A DNA stretch of 64,000 nt from Macrostomum lignano (Eukaryota): positions 124,001-188,000 of the forward strand of contig NIVC01001481.1 in the NCBI GenBank assembly GCA_002269645.1, read 5' to 3'. This document shows positions 1 through 10,966 of the stretch, in pieces (the stretch's first letter is position 1; the number at the start of each line of letters is the position of its first letter). The notes under the pieces are model-generated. The model worked only from the letters and a program-made list of their open reading frames with translations, had not been told where the DNA came from and ran no database searches. Made by a program: the position numbers and the translations under genes.

Positions 1-1216
1 AGTTCACTGATTTGTTTTGCAAAAAATAATATCATCAAATATTATCACTATTAAAGTTCAAAGTTTACGGGTGATTGTTAGCCCGTAGTTTGCGCCAGAG
101 GGAGTTTGCATCAGATTTTTTATCGTTAGTCTCTTTTTACGTTTTCACTTTTCTAATGTATGCAATATAAAGTATTTAAATTGCAATCATGCAACAATAT
201 TTTTGCAATTTTGGTACGTTTCACCACTTTTTAATTATGATGGCAAAATCTATCGTAAAATACTCAACTGATATCAAAAGAATGAAGACGATAAGAACGA
301 ACCAACAGCGAAATAAAATGAACGATCGTATATGCTTTGCGCATTTCTGAGAGCTGCCCCAGTCAACCTCTTAATTACGCTCGTAAATTATAACCTTGTA
401 AATCTTTTATCATTGTCAATGCCAATAAATTTGATAAGGGAGTGACCTCAATAAAGTAAAATATCACGAAAGCAATATATATATATCTTGGTTCAATCAG
501 ACAAATTTAATTTACAGTAAAATAATACTACTGAAAATTCTAAAGCACTAAATACCCGTTCAATGAGAAAGCACATAATTTTATTATAGAATTTCCTTAA
601 TTTTCACATGTTCGTTTGAACGGTTACACAAACCAAAGCCACTCAAAGTCACAAGAATACATAAGCGGAAAATTGAAACAAAAGCAAAAATAATAAAGGC
701 ACAACTTAACCACAGTGCATAAAGAGATCGTGTTAAGGATTAAACTCAATATATAATTAGTTCGATCGGTTGCCATGCTAACAACGTACACTGAAGTACC
801 TTTAATTTTTTATGATGGTCTTTGAGGGTTGCGTACACGGAGTGTGTAGGTCGGCACACACGTAAGACTCGTTCACACTACGCCAGTTCTGCATGTCACA
901 CTGATAGTGCGTGGTTTTTTTGTTAAATATAAGATGGAGCATGCACTTTTCTTATTTAGTCGAGTGATTAAACTTGATGGCTCAATTCGATCGTGGTGCA
1001 AACAAGCCTTTGATCTAAACACTATGAGAATACTGCTGCACACACAGTACTAATTTCTTTGCTTTAAAAAACGCAGCTACAAAAAATTTCGATAACCCTG
1101 CTAGAATAATAGTCATTTGCTTAAGGTACCAGGTTCATACCACACCATAATTGTTAGTATAAATTTGGTAGCAAGAGAAAACAAGAAACTTGAAACCTAA
1201 TTGCCTGCTTAAGGTT

Positions 1217-2005
1217 TCAAAAATGAACCTTCATTCGCTTGGTGCGAATAGCGAACGCAACGTTAGCCAGCATGCTGGACACATCGACGTTGGCACTTTC
1301 CCACAGCGTTCCGCTTGTGACGATAACCCAGAATAGAGCAGAAAACAGAGAGTGGCCCATGTTGCCAGTGCGGCCTCCTCCGAGAATGGCACAGGGTTGC
1401 CCGTCTTCGACTCGTAGATCTCCTTGAATGTCCTGTAGAACTCCTTGGGATCTTGTCCACGTGTTCCTGCATCGCCTCGGTCGACAAGCTAGAAATCATC
1501 AACAAGCCGAGGTCGAGGCCGAAAACACTGACGTCCCAGAACTGCCAGTCAAATAGTCGACAAATCATGCTGCCTCCATCGCCCTTGAACATGAAGTTCG
1601 AGAACCAGAGGTCGCCATGCGATATTCCGACGGCTCATCTGTGAACGCTGGAACCCCTTTCATTGGATCTGCGACTAAAGTTGCGATAAGCTTCTTCACA
1701 AGCTCTTGGATCAGCTCACGATCCGAATGTGACGGCACATGCTTGTGCAAGTTCTCAAAGAAGTACTTCGTGTTTTGTTCCAAAATTTCTTTGAGGTCAA
1801 CACCACTCTTCCGAATTCCATCACTAAATGGCGACTCGCGGCCGAACAGCACGGAGTCCAGTGAGTAGTTGAAGTTCACCCGAGCGATCCAGAACGCGGC
1901 CTGCAGTCGGGCAAGGGTCCTCACTACGCAGTAAGCCTGCTCGATGCCGAATGACTTCCGATCGACAAGGCTGAAGCCTTGCTTCGTCATGTCCTCCATA
2001 ACGAG
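1217..2005 (-). pseudogene. 5'-truncated, frameshifted ecdysteroid-kinase-like (EcKinase/CHK) gene copy, nearly identical to the 3' two-thirds of the gene at 9827-10966
   Basis: Aligns by eye to about 9855-10625 with roughly ten substitutions and three 1-nt deletions (near 1365, 1447, 1632). Similarity stops abruptly at 2005 (codons for LVMEDM), so the N-terminal ~115 codons are absent. Ends AIRTKRMKVHF*, stop TGA at 1219-1217. Confidence 0.88.
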
Positions 2006-2641
2006 TTTGCATCTGAGTTTGTATCATCAGTTTCCTTAAGACTCATTTGTAATTGCATCATCACCTTTTCCACGCTCGTACTTTTATTTACGTGTAGGTA
2101 CTGGCCCAATACAATTATTTTAAACAATCATTCAACAATACATTTGGTGCTTCTTACAACTCTTTAGTCGATGATTGCGGAACCTAATGTAAAATAATCA
2201 TCTGATATCAAGAGAATAAAGACGATAAGAATGAACTAACAACGTTAATAACATGCAATGAACTCGTATATTTTGCCATGTACATACATTTCGTGTAAAT
2301 TGTTGTATTTTTCCTGAGAGTTTCTGCCCTTTAGTCAGCCTTGTAATTAACTAAGTAACTGAATATCTTTTATCATCGTCATTCAAAGACTTCAAGGTCT
2401 TTGATGAGGTTGACCTAAATAAAGTAATAATATAAATCGCGAAAACAATACGAGTATATCTTGGTTTAAACAGACAAGTTTAATTTACAGTTACAATAAT
2501 ACTTACGAGTAAAATCATAAAGCACTAAACACGATCTACAATGATAACGCCCATAGTTTTATTATAGAATTTCCGTAATTTTTACATTTAAAATTTTTAC
2601 ATTTAATTTTTATGTTCTAAAGGGTTACGCAATTACCAAAG

Positions 2642-3211
2642 TCACTCGCAGTAGATCCAGAATGCAGCCGCACAAGCTTTAAAGGTTGGTCTATCTAGGA
2701 AGCCAGTTACAAAGTCGTCAGTAGCTGTGTTAATCACAGACCGGGATGCTAGTAGCAGAACCTGCTCGGACTTTTGCGCGATCGTCACGTGAACAATAAT
2801 CTTGTAACGAGGACAGTTGAAGTTGTTCTTCATCCTACGCTTCACGTCCTCGGAGACCATTTTTGTCAGCTTGGGAGCCGCCTTTGGGTCGTACTTGGAC
2901 TCTCCAAGAAAGAATGTCAGACTGTTGTTGACGATCTGTTGCACCTCGGCTGGCGGAAACTTCTTGGCAACATCTGGCTCCAGATGGTAGGTGTTCTCCA
3001 TCTTCTTCACTGGTCGGTTGCGTCGGTGCCTCGCTCGGATGTCGCCGATTCGCTTCTTGAGCATCATGAGGGTCGCCAGACTCGGCTGTTTCGGCCGAGT
3101 CGCTGCTGCTCCCTCCTGACCGTCAGGTGATCCCTTGACGACGTTAGAAGGCTTTAGCTGGCTTGGAGCCGGAGCCGACACTGTGGAGATGCGCTTCTTG
3201 TCGTTGCTCAT
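2642..3211 (-). CDS. Tctex1-domain dynein light chain (TCTEX1D/DYNLT family), 189 aa, intronless
   Basis: ORF has the MENTYHLEP motif followed by a Tctex-1 fold signature (KYDPKAAPKLTKMVSEDVKRRMK, PRYKIIVHVTI, SRSVINTATDDF) and ends in the typical ..IYCE*. Confidence 0.9.
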   Translation of the reverse strand: MSNDKKRISTVSAPAPSQLKPSNVVKGSPDGQEGAAATRPKQPSLATLMMLKKRIGDIRARHRRNRPVKKMENTYHLEPDVAKKFPPAEVQQIVNNSLTFFLGESKYDPKAAPKLTKMVSEDVKRRMKNNFNCPRYKIIVHVTIAQKSEQVLLLASRSVINTATDDFVTGFLDRPTFKACAAAFWIYCE

Positions 3212-3812
3212 GCCTGAATTTTCTCTGAGGCACTCTCTCGGAGATTGCTATTGAATGGTTTTCTATGAAGCTAACGGTGAATATTTCAGTTTTTCTGGTC
3301 TTATCAGATTCACCTCTAATCGCTCACACAGGTACCGCACCATTTTGCTTATTGTGTGCTCGAAAAATACCCTAGCAACCAACAACTCTTATCTCCATGT
3401 ATAGTGGACTGAAGGGTGAAATTGATTGCATTTCCAAAAAGAAAGCTGAAAGCAATAAAAGAACTTATTATCGCTACACACGGCTGACAGCCCTCACAAT
3501 TCTAAACTTTTAGAAATTTTAGCCTTCATGTAGATAGACTCAAAAATGTTGACCAAACGTTTTCCATGGGCAAACTTGGTACTAAGGACGGAAACTACAG
3601 TAAAAGAGGCATGACTTTTAGAGCGCGGAAAGAATGGTCAAATATCAGAATTTAGAATGATTTAAACGTATTTTTTTCGTAAATTTTTGCAATTGCTTCA
3701 TCAAATTCTTCGTCGGGTTTTAAGCTACGCATTTTTCAAATGTCTGATGGGACTTTTAGTAAATGAAATGATTCGTTAGTAGGGTTGATATCACCGCTCT
3801 CCGGCAACACCG

Positions 3813-4952
3813 TCAGTCGGCAGGCATAGCCAAACGGTTTGAACGAAGAACAAAGGCCAAATTGTTCAGCAAACTGGGCACGTCCAGGTAGTCAGTCTCC
3901 CACAGCACACTGCTGGACGTCACTACCCAGAAAAAAGCCCAAAAGAATGCATTCTTCATATTAACAAGTGCGGCCTCCTCAGAGAACGGTGCCGGGCTGC
4001 CCGTCTTCGACTCGTAGATCTCCTTGAATGTCCTGTAGAACTCCTTGGGGATCTTGTCCACGTGTCCCTGCATCGCTTCAGTCGACAAGCTGGAAATCAT
4101 CAGCAAGCCGAGGTCGAAGCCGAAAAGCCCAACATCCCAGAACTGCCAGTCAAACAAGCGGCAGATCATTCTGTCTCCGTCGCCCTTAAACATGAAGTTC
4201 GAGAACCAGAGGTCGCCATGAATGAGACCCATTGCTCGATCCTTGCCACTGGGCATAGCGCTAGCTGTGTTCCGTACCGTCTTCTCGACGAATTCGTCTA
4301 GGCGAGACAAAATTATTTTCTGATCGTCAACTGACTTGACTCGCTTGCCCAGATTAGCGCGAAAGTATTCAGCGTTGCGCTCGATCATCGGACGAAAATC
4401 AATGCGACTCTGTCGGATCGAGTTGGTAAATGAAGTTTTTGGGCCGAACAGCACAGAGTCCAGTGAGTAGTTGAAGTTCACCCGAGCGATCCAGAACGCG
4501 GCCTGCAGTCGGGCAAGGGTCCTTACTACGCAGTAGACCTGCTCGATGCCGAATGATTTCCGATCGACAAGGCTGAAGCCTTGCTTCGTCATGTCCTCCA
4601 TAACGAGAATCGTGCCCTTGTCGCTGATCTTCTGACCGAAGGCTCTCGGGAACACCCGCTCAATGTTGTACTGCTCCATGACCCGCTCCAGCACTGGGCC
4701 CGTCAAACCATAGAACACGACCTCGGTACGACAGAAGTGCGTGCTCACCTGCTGGAGCTGTTCTAATTCGGTCCGAGTTGCATCGCTCCATTTAATAAAG
4801 ATGTGCAGCGGCTGATCGGAACCCTCTCTCGTGATCGTAACCGCCCTTCGAAAGCTGAGGTAGCCGCCTTGGCCCACAACCTCGCTTGCCTTGGAGAGTT
4901 TGTTGGAGGATTGAAAGTTGAATAGTCGAGCCAGCTCTGCTTCAATGTTCAT
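3813..4952 (-). CDS. Ecdysteroid-kinase-like / choline-kinase-like (EcKinase, CHK; APH-fold) small-molecule kinase, 379 aa, intronless
   Basis: Motifs GQGGYLSFRR (N-lobe), IFIK (ATP Lys), EVVFY, LVMEDM..GF...DR, catalytic HGDLWFSN, LFDWQ (Mg-binding) and DLGLLMISS. Confidence 0.9.
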   Translation of the reverse strand: MNIEAELARLFNFQSSNKLSKASEVVGQGGYLSFRRAVTITREGSDQPLHIFIKWSDATRTELEQLQQVSTHFCRTEVVFYGLTGPVLERVMEQYNIERVFPRAFGQKISDKGTILVMEDMTKQGFSLVDRKSFGIEQVYCVVRTLARLQAAFWIARVNFNYSLDSVLFGPKTSFTNSIRQSRIDFRPMIERNAEYFRANLGKRVKSVDDQKIILSRLDEFVEKTVRNTASAMPSGKDRAMGLIHGDLWFSNFMFKGDGDRMICRLFDWQFWDVGLFGFDLGLLMISSLSTEAMQGHVDKIPKEFYRTFKEIYESKTGSPAPFSEEAALVNMKNAFFWAFFWVVTSSSVLWETDYLDVPSLLNNLAFVLRSNRLAMPAD

Positions 4953-5723
4953 TGTTTACGATCGCCCAGCTTAATTAAGAGATTGTAAAGGCTGCACGAC
5001 TGTACGTTGTTTACTACAGAGCTAAAGCAAATTTGCAACACTATTTTCTCGTAGTTAAGTTTGCCTGTATTGCGCTATCTTGGAGCTGAGGTGGTATGCT
5101 ACTCGTATGATGAGTTTAGCGAACACAAAGCATGCAGTTCTGCAGTTATGCAAGCAAAGGATTTCTGCTTGGCCTTATCTGACTGGCAATTTTACTCGGG
5201 TGTAGAGGTTTCAGCAAATTGCTATGTTAAGTAAGTTAACTTTACTGCACACATTAATGGATGTTCGGGCTCCCAAACTTTCAAATTTCAAATTTAATTG
5301 AATACCCGATAAGAGCATATGAGAGCTTGCAGTAGTACTAAACCCCACATTGCGACAAATAGAAGCTAATTAGAATTGCACTCTTTAATCATCCAGTGGT
5401 TGCATGATATGCCAATCAGAACAGAGTGGATCCAAGTCTTATCTGTACCAATATTCCAACCCGAAGCTATTCGCTTGCTTTGGAAAGACGTGCAAAGAAG
5501 TTAACTCTAAAGAAGATCAGACTTGAGGTCTCTGACGCGTAAGTGGACGAATGGACTTTTTTAGAGTTAATTGCTCGCGTGATGCTCTTATCAATGGTAA
5601 ATGTTAAATTATAAAGTGTGCAGACTCAAGCCCAGGGTTATTTACGAAAACTCAGAAATTAGAGAGAAGTTGATAGAGTTATTAAATACATTCTAGCTAG
5701 ACTCAAACGCTACTATAGATACT

Positions 5724-6857
5724 ATGGACATTGTTGAGGAGCTAAAGCTTCTGCTTAAACTGAAGTCTGATAGTGAGATCGAACAGAGCGATGAGATGTT
5801 CCGTAAAGGTGGCTACCTCAGCTTCCGCCGCGCAGTGACTATCAGGAGGGACCGTGAGCCGCCGATGCACATATTCGTTAAATCTAGCGACGTTACGCGC
5901 CCGGAGTTGGATCAGCAGCAGTTTATTAGCTTCCATGCCTGTCAAAAGGAAGTCATCTTCTACGGACTGATGGGTCCCGTGCTCGAGCGGGTCATGGAGC
6001 AGTACAACATTAAGCGGGTGTTTCCCAAAACGCTTGGACAGAAAATCAAAGACAAGGGCACCATTCTGGTGATGGAGGACATGACGAAGCAGGGGTTCAG
6101 TCCTGTAGACAGGATGTCATTTGGTATCGAGCAGGCCTACTGCGTAGTGAGGTCCCTTGCCCGAATGCAGGCCGCGTTCTGGATCGCTCGGGTGAACTTC
6201 AACTACTCGCTGGACTCCGTGCTGTTCGGTAAAGAGTCACCATTCAGTGACAGTGTACGGAAAAGCGGCATGGATTTCAAGCCAATGATTGAGCGAAATT
6301 CTGCGTACTTCTTTGACAATTATGAAAAGCATGTAAAATACCCGGAGGACGCACAAGTGATTCGCGAGTACGTGACCAAGTTCATCAAGACACTTTTGGA
6401 CGATCCAATGAAAGGCATGCCCTGTCTCACTGACGAGCCACTTGGACTTTCGCACGGCGACCTCTGGTTCTCGAATTTCATGTTCAAGGGCGACGGAGAC
6501 AACATGATTTGTCGACTGTTTGACTTGCAATTTTGGGACATCAGCATCTTCGGCTTCGACCTCGGATTGATGATGGTGACCAGTTTGTCGAATGAGTCAA
6601 TGCAGGAACACGTGGACAAGATTCCGAAGGAGTTCTACAGGACATTCAAGGAGATCTACGAGTCGAAGACGGGCAGCCCTGTGCCCTTCTCAGAGGAAGC
6701 TGCACTGGGCAACATGGGCCAGTCGATGTTCTACGCCATGTTCTGGGTGATCGGCACCTGCGACCTGCTGTGGGAGAGCGACAATATTGACGTGACCAAC
6801 ATGCTTTCCAATGTTGCTTTCGCTATTCGCACCAATCGCATCAAGTTGCCGTTTTAG
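5724..6857 (+). CDS. Ecdysteroid-kinase-like (EcKinase/CHK) kinase paralog, 377 aa, intronless
   Basis: Same motif set (KGGYLSFRR, IFVK, KEVIFY, HGDLWFSN, LFDLQ). Divergently oriented with 3813-4952 across a 771-bp spacer. Confidence 0.9.
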   Translation: MDIVEELKLLLKLKSDSEIEQSDEMFRKGGYLSFRRAVTIRRDREPPMHIFVKSSDVTRPELDQQQFISFHACQKEVIFYGLMGPVLERVMEQYNIKRVFPKTLGQKIKDKGTILVMEDMTKQGFSPVDRMSFGIEQAYCVVRSLARMQAAFWIARVNFNYSLDSVLFGKESPFSDSVRKSGMDFKPMIERNSAYFFDNYEKHVKYPEDAQVIREYVTKFIKTLLDDPMKGMPCLTDEPLGLSHGDLWFSNFMFKGDGDNMICRLFDLQFWDISIFGFDLGLMMVTSLSNESMQEHVDKIPKEFYRTFKEIYESKTGSPVPFSEEAALGNMGQSMFYAMFWVIGTCDLLWESDNIDVTNMLSNVAFAIRTNRIKLPF

Positions 6858-7861
6858 TTAACGAAGAAACATTTCATTGTGACCACAATCTGATTTAAGA
6901 ATTTAGTGTACACTAGTTTAAAATAAAACGTCTCATATATACACTGTAGCTGAAAGTTTACTTGCAGATTTGTGCGTTTGACACCATGTGCTTAGATGAG
7001 AATTGTTAACTAATTTCACTCCTATTGACAGTAGTGTATGAGAAAACATTTTTCTATTTTCCCTTCAATTTCTGGCTGGCTTTTTAATCTCTGTGCAAAT
7101 TAAAGTACACAAGAGCGATTTTCACCCACTGAAATACAAAGATCAAAGTACACAAAAGATTATAAGAAAGAAATAATGCTAAACATACAAAACAAAATTA
7201 GTTTCCTCAAAGTGTTTGCAAGAAAAAGTACATTGAATTTACAATATTTGCTCCGAAATTACTACTGGGCACATCCTATTCAATTACTGCAATAAGTACA
7301 ATCGTTCTGTAAGTAACGAAATTTCAATTTGTCCTAAAGGCCTGGATGGATGCAAGAAAACTGATTAATTGCGCCAGGCAGGAAACTGACTGACGATCTA
7401 ATTAGGCTAGAATTGACCCCGGTTAGGCACAACTAATGCATGCAGAACTCGTGCACCCTGACACTATTGCTACAATAGTCCGAAAGCAATTATCAGCACA
7501 CAGCCAGTTAGTTAGATATAGGAAGCTACAGGCACAGCACATGTTCTACATGTAGCTTCCTTCTTGTGGGCCTGGGGCCACGATTCCGCAGTGTCTCTTG
7601 CTACTTTTCTACACAAAGCCATGAACATTTCCGACGCATTGCACAGTTGCTTTTTCATTATCAGCGCTTCCGAGTCAGTAAATCGAACCTCTCTCTGGTA
7701 GGTCTTCGCTCTCAGAACTAAAAACTGTATATACTGATTGATAATCTTTTCTTTGTGAATTCTTGAACTCTATAAGCCGCGAAGAAACTGAATAGTTCTA
7801 TTTGTTTGAGCTAACATAGATTTTCTGTAATAACTTAGGCCATTGACACGAAGCATCAGAT

Positions 7862-9022
7862 ATGGATATAACAAAAGAGCTCATTAGACTTTTCGGCCCA
7901 AATTCTGACAAAGACATCACTCTAGAAGAAGAAATTTTTGGCCAGGGCGGTTACCTTAGTTTTCGCCGGCAAGCCACCGTCAACAAGGAAGAACGAACGC
8001 TGCACATATTCGTAAAATCGAGTGATCTAACTCGCTCTGAGCTGGATCAGGCAGTGCAGCAGTTATGCAACCACTTTTGCCGAATAGAGTGCATATTTTA
8101 TGGCCTGGTTGGACCCGTGCTGGAGCGGGTCATGGAGCAGTACAACATTGAGCGGGTGTTCCCGAGAGCCTTCGGTCAGAAGATCAGCGACAAGGGCACG
8201 ATTCTCGTTATGGAGGACATGACGAAGCAAGGCTTCAGCCTTGTCGATCGGAAGTCATTCGGCATCGAGCAGGCTTACTGCGTAGTGAGGACCCTTGCCC
8301 GAATGCAGGCCGCGTTCTGGATCGCTCGGGTAAACTTCAACTACTCGCTGGACTCCGTGCTGTTCGGCCGCGAGTCGCCATTCACTGATTGCATTAAAAG
8401 AAGTGGCGTTGATTTCAGGCCATTTGTCGAGCAAAGCTCAAAGTACTTTCTTAAACACATAGGAAAGCACGCTTCTCTAGAAGACGCTTCGCTCATTCGA
8501 GATACCGTGTTAAAATTCATCGATAATCTGATGGAGGATCCGATGAAGGGGATGCCTTGCCTCAATGACGAGCCACTTGGACTTTCGCATGGCGATCTCT
8601 GGTTTTCTAACATTCTGTTTAAAGGCGATCAGAAAGACGGCACAACTTGCTGCTTACTGGACTGGCAGTTCTGGGACCTCAACGTCTTTGGCTTCGACCT
8701 TGGCCAGTTGATGTTTACAAGTTTATCCTTCGAAGCGATGCAGGAACACGTGGACAAGATCCCAAAGGAGTTCTATAGAATGTTCAAGGAGATCTACGAG
8801 TCGAAGACGGGCAGCCCTGTGCCGTTTCCAGAGGAAGCTGCACTTGGTAACATGAGGAAGTCCTTGTTCTACGCTATGTATTGGGTTGTTCGCTCTAGCA
8901 TCCTGATTTGGGAAAGTGGCAACATTGATGTGGCCAACATGCTGGCTAATATGGCCTTCGCAATTCGTCTGGTTTCCATTTTGAGCAACGCTGTTCACCC
9001 AGTCGAGAACAATAACGCTTAA
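7862..9022 (+). CDS. Ecdysteroid-kinase-like (EcKinase/CHK) kinase paralog, 386 aa, intronless
   Basis: Motifs GQGGYLSFRR, IFVK, ECIFY, HGDLWFSN, LLDWQ. Convergent with 9827-10966. Confidence 0.9.
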   Translation: MDITKELIRLFGPNSDKDITLEEEIFGQGGYLSFRRQATVNKEERTLHIFVKSSDLTRSELDQAVQQLCNHFCRIECIFYGLVGPVLERVMEQYNIERVFPRAFGQKISDKGTILVMEDMTKQGFSLVDRKSFGIEQAYCVVRTLARMQAAFWIARVNFNYSLDSVLFGRESPFTDCIKRSGVDFRPFVEQSSKYFLKHIGKHASLEDASLIRDTVLKFIDNLMEDPMKGMPCLNDEPLGLSHGDLWFSNILFKGDQKDGTTCCLLDWQFWDLNVFGFDLGQLMFTSLSFEAMQEHVDKIPKEFYRMFKEIYESKTGSPVPFPEEAALGNMRKSLFYAMYWVVRSSILIWESGNIDVANMLANMAFAIRLVSILSNAVHPVENNNA

Positions 9023-9056
9023 TCCTTTATGCTGACGAATAAATTAGTTCTATTTT

Positions 9057-9165
9057 CCCTTTATACGTCGTAGACTTTCCTGACCCTTTATATGTTCGTA
9101 GACTTTCCTGACCCTTTATACGTTCGTAGACTTTCCTGACCCTTTATACGTTCGTATACTTTTCC
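9057..9165 (+). repeat. 28-bp tandem repeat, about 4 copies (ccctttatacgttcgtagactttcctga)
   Basis: Directly visible just downstream of the stop codon of 7862-9022. Confidence 0.9.
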
Positions 9166-9826
9166 GACTGAGGAAATCAAAGACAGCTAGCCTCATATTG
9201 ATTATAATTTACTTGCTCTGGGTTTCTATGCAAACTGACTTTAAAAAGTTCGTTGTTTTTTGCTACGAGTACTTCCAATAGGATGACTTGTTCCTGCTGA
9301 AGTTCGAATATACCGTTCCATTAGCACTACACTTAACCCCCTAATGAGTCAAATAAAAAGACAAGCTGAAAATAAAAATAAAAAACAAAAAGAAAGGCGC
9401 AACGACAGCGCTTATATATAGTCGAATTATAACTAAAGCGAAGAAAAGCTTCACCGAGTCGAGTTTAGACTACAACTAGCCCACGTTCACCTCGAATTGG
9501 TAAAGTAATATATCGGTACACTTACGAATCGTTCACCACGCCGTTTTTGCACTATCGCACTGACAGTAATAAAGCGTGTGCATTTACATAAGGTGTTTAG
9601 AGGCTTGTTTACACCGCCATCAAATGAAATTACTAGACTAAATAGGAAGTGCTTTGACTTCACGAAAAAACCCTGTACTTATTTCGTTGCCTTGAAAAGG
9701 GAAAATTAAGTCAGTTACAATACGAATTCTGATAATTCTGCTAGTAAAAAATTCATTTGTTTAAGTACCAGGTGAAAGCCAAAACATAATTGTTAGTAAA
9801 AAATGGTAACACAAGAGAGGCAAGCC

Positions 9827-10966
9827 TTAGAATTCAAAAGGAAACATAATGCGCTTGGTGCGAATAGCGAACGCAACGTTAGCCAGCATGCTGGACACAT
9901 CAACGTTGGCACTTTCCCACAGCGTGCCGCTTGTGACAATAACCCAGAATAAAGCAGAAAACAGAGAGTGGCCCATGTTGCCCAGTGCGGCCTCCTCCGA
10001 GAATGGCACAGGGTTGCCCGTCTTCGACTCGTAGATCTCCTTGAATGTCCTGTAGAACTCCTTGGGGATCTTGTCCACGTGTTCCTGCATCGCCTCGGTC
10101 GACAAGCTAGAAATCATCAACAAGCCGAGGTCGAGGCCGAAAACACTGACGTCCCAGAACTGCCAATCAAATAGTCGACAAATCATGCTGCCTCCATCGC
10201 CCTTGAACATGAAGTTCGAGAACCAGAGGTCGCCATGCGATATTCCGACGGGCTCATCTGTGAACGCTGGAACCCCTTTCATTGGATCTGCGACTAAAGT
10301 TGCGATAAGCTTCTTCACAAGCTCTTGGATCAGCTCACGATCCGAATGTGACGGCACATGCTTGTGCAAGTTCTCAAAGAAGTACTTCGTGTTTTGTTCC
10401 AAAATTTCCTTGAGGTCAACGCCACTCTTCCGAATTCCATCACTAAATGGCGACTCGCGGCCGAACAGCACAGAGTCCAGCGAGTAGTTGAAGTTCACCC
10501 GAGCGATCCAGAACGCGGCCTGCAGTCGGGCAAGGGTCCTCACTACGCAGTAGGCCTGCTCGATGCCGAATGACTTCCGATCGACAAGGCTGAAGCCTTG
10601 CTTCGTCATGTCCTCCATAACGAGAATCGTGCCCTTGTCGCTGATCTTCTGACCGAAGGCTCTCGGGAACACCCGCTCAATGTTGTACTGCTCCATGACC
10701 CGCTCCAGCACTGGGCCCGTCAAACCATAGAACACGACCTCGGTACGACAGAAGTGGTTGCTGACCAACTGCAGCGCATTTAGGTCAGAACGAGACACAT
10801 CGCTAGATTTGACGAAGATATAGATAGGTACTTCGTTGTCTCTTGTAATTTTAACAGGCTTGCGGAAGCTGAGGTAACCACCTTGTCCAAACACCTCTTC
10901 TCCCTGAGTGATTTGCTTCTCAGAGTTCAGATCAAACAAGTGAACAAGTTCTGCTGCTATGTCCAT
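9827..10966 (-). CDS. Ecdysteroid-kinase-like (EcKinase/CHK) kinase paralog, 379 aa, intronless
   Basis: Motifs GQGGYLSFRK, IFVK, EVVFY, HGDLWFSN, LFDWQ. Confidence 0.9.
   Translation of the reverse strand: MDIAAELVHLFDLNSEKQITQGEEVFGQGGYLSFRKPVKITRDNEVPIYIFVKSSDVSRSDLNALQLVSNHFCRTEVVFYGLTGPVLERVMEQYNIERVFPRAFGQKISDKGTILVMEDMTKQGFSLVDRKSFGIEQAYCVVRTLARLQAAFWIARVNFNYSLDSVLFGRESPFSDGIRKSGVDLKEILEQNTKYFFENLHKHVPSHSDRELIQELVKKLIATLVADPMKGVPAFTDEPVGISHGDLWFSNFMFKGDGGSMICRLFDWQFWDVSVFGLDLGLLMISSLSTEAMQEHVDKIPKEFYRTFKEIYESKTGNPVPFSEEAALGNMGHSLFSALFWVIVTSGTLWESANVDVSSMLANVAFAIRTKRIMFPFEF

Noticed and set aside
769-782. GTTGCCATGCTAAC, a near X-box (RFX) motif
   Set aside because: It is imperfect and not upstream of the ciliary Tctex1 gene, so it could be chance.
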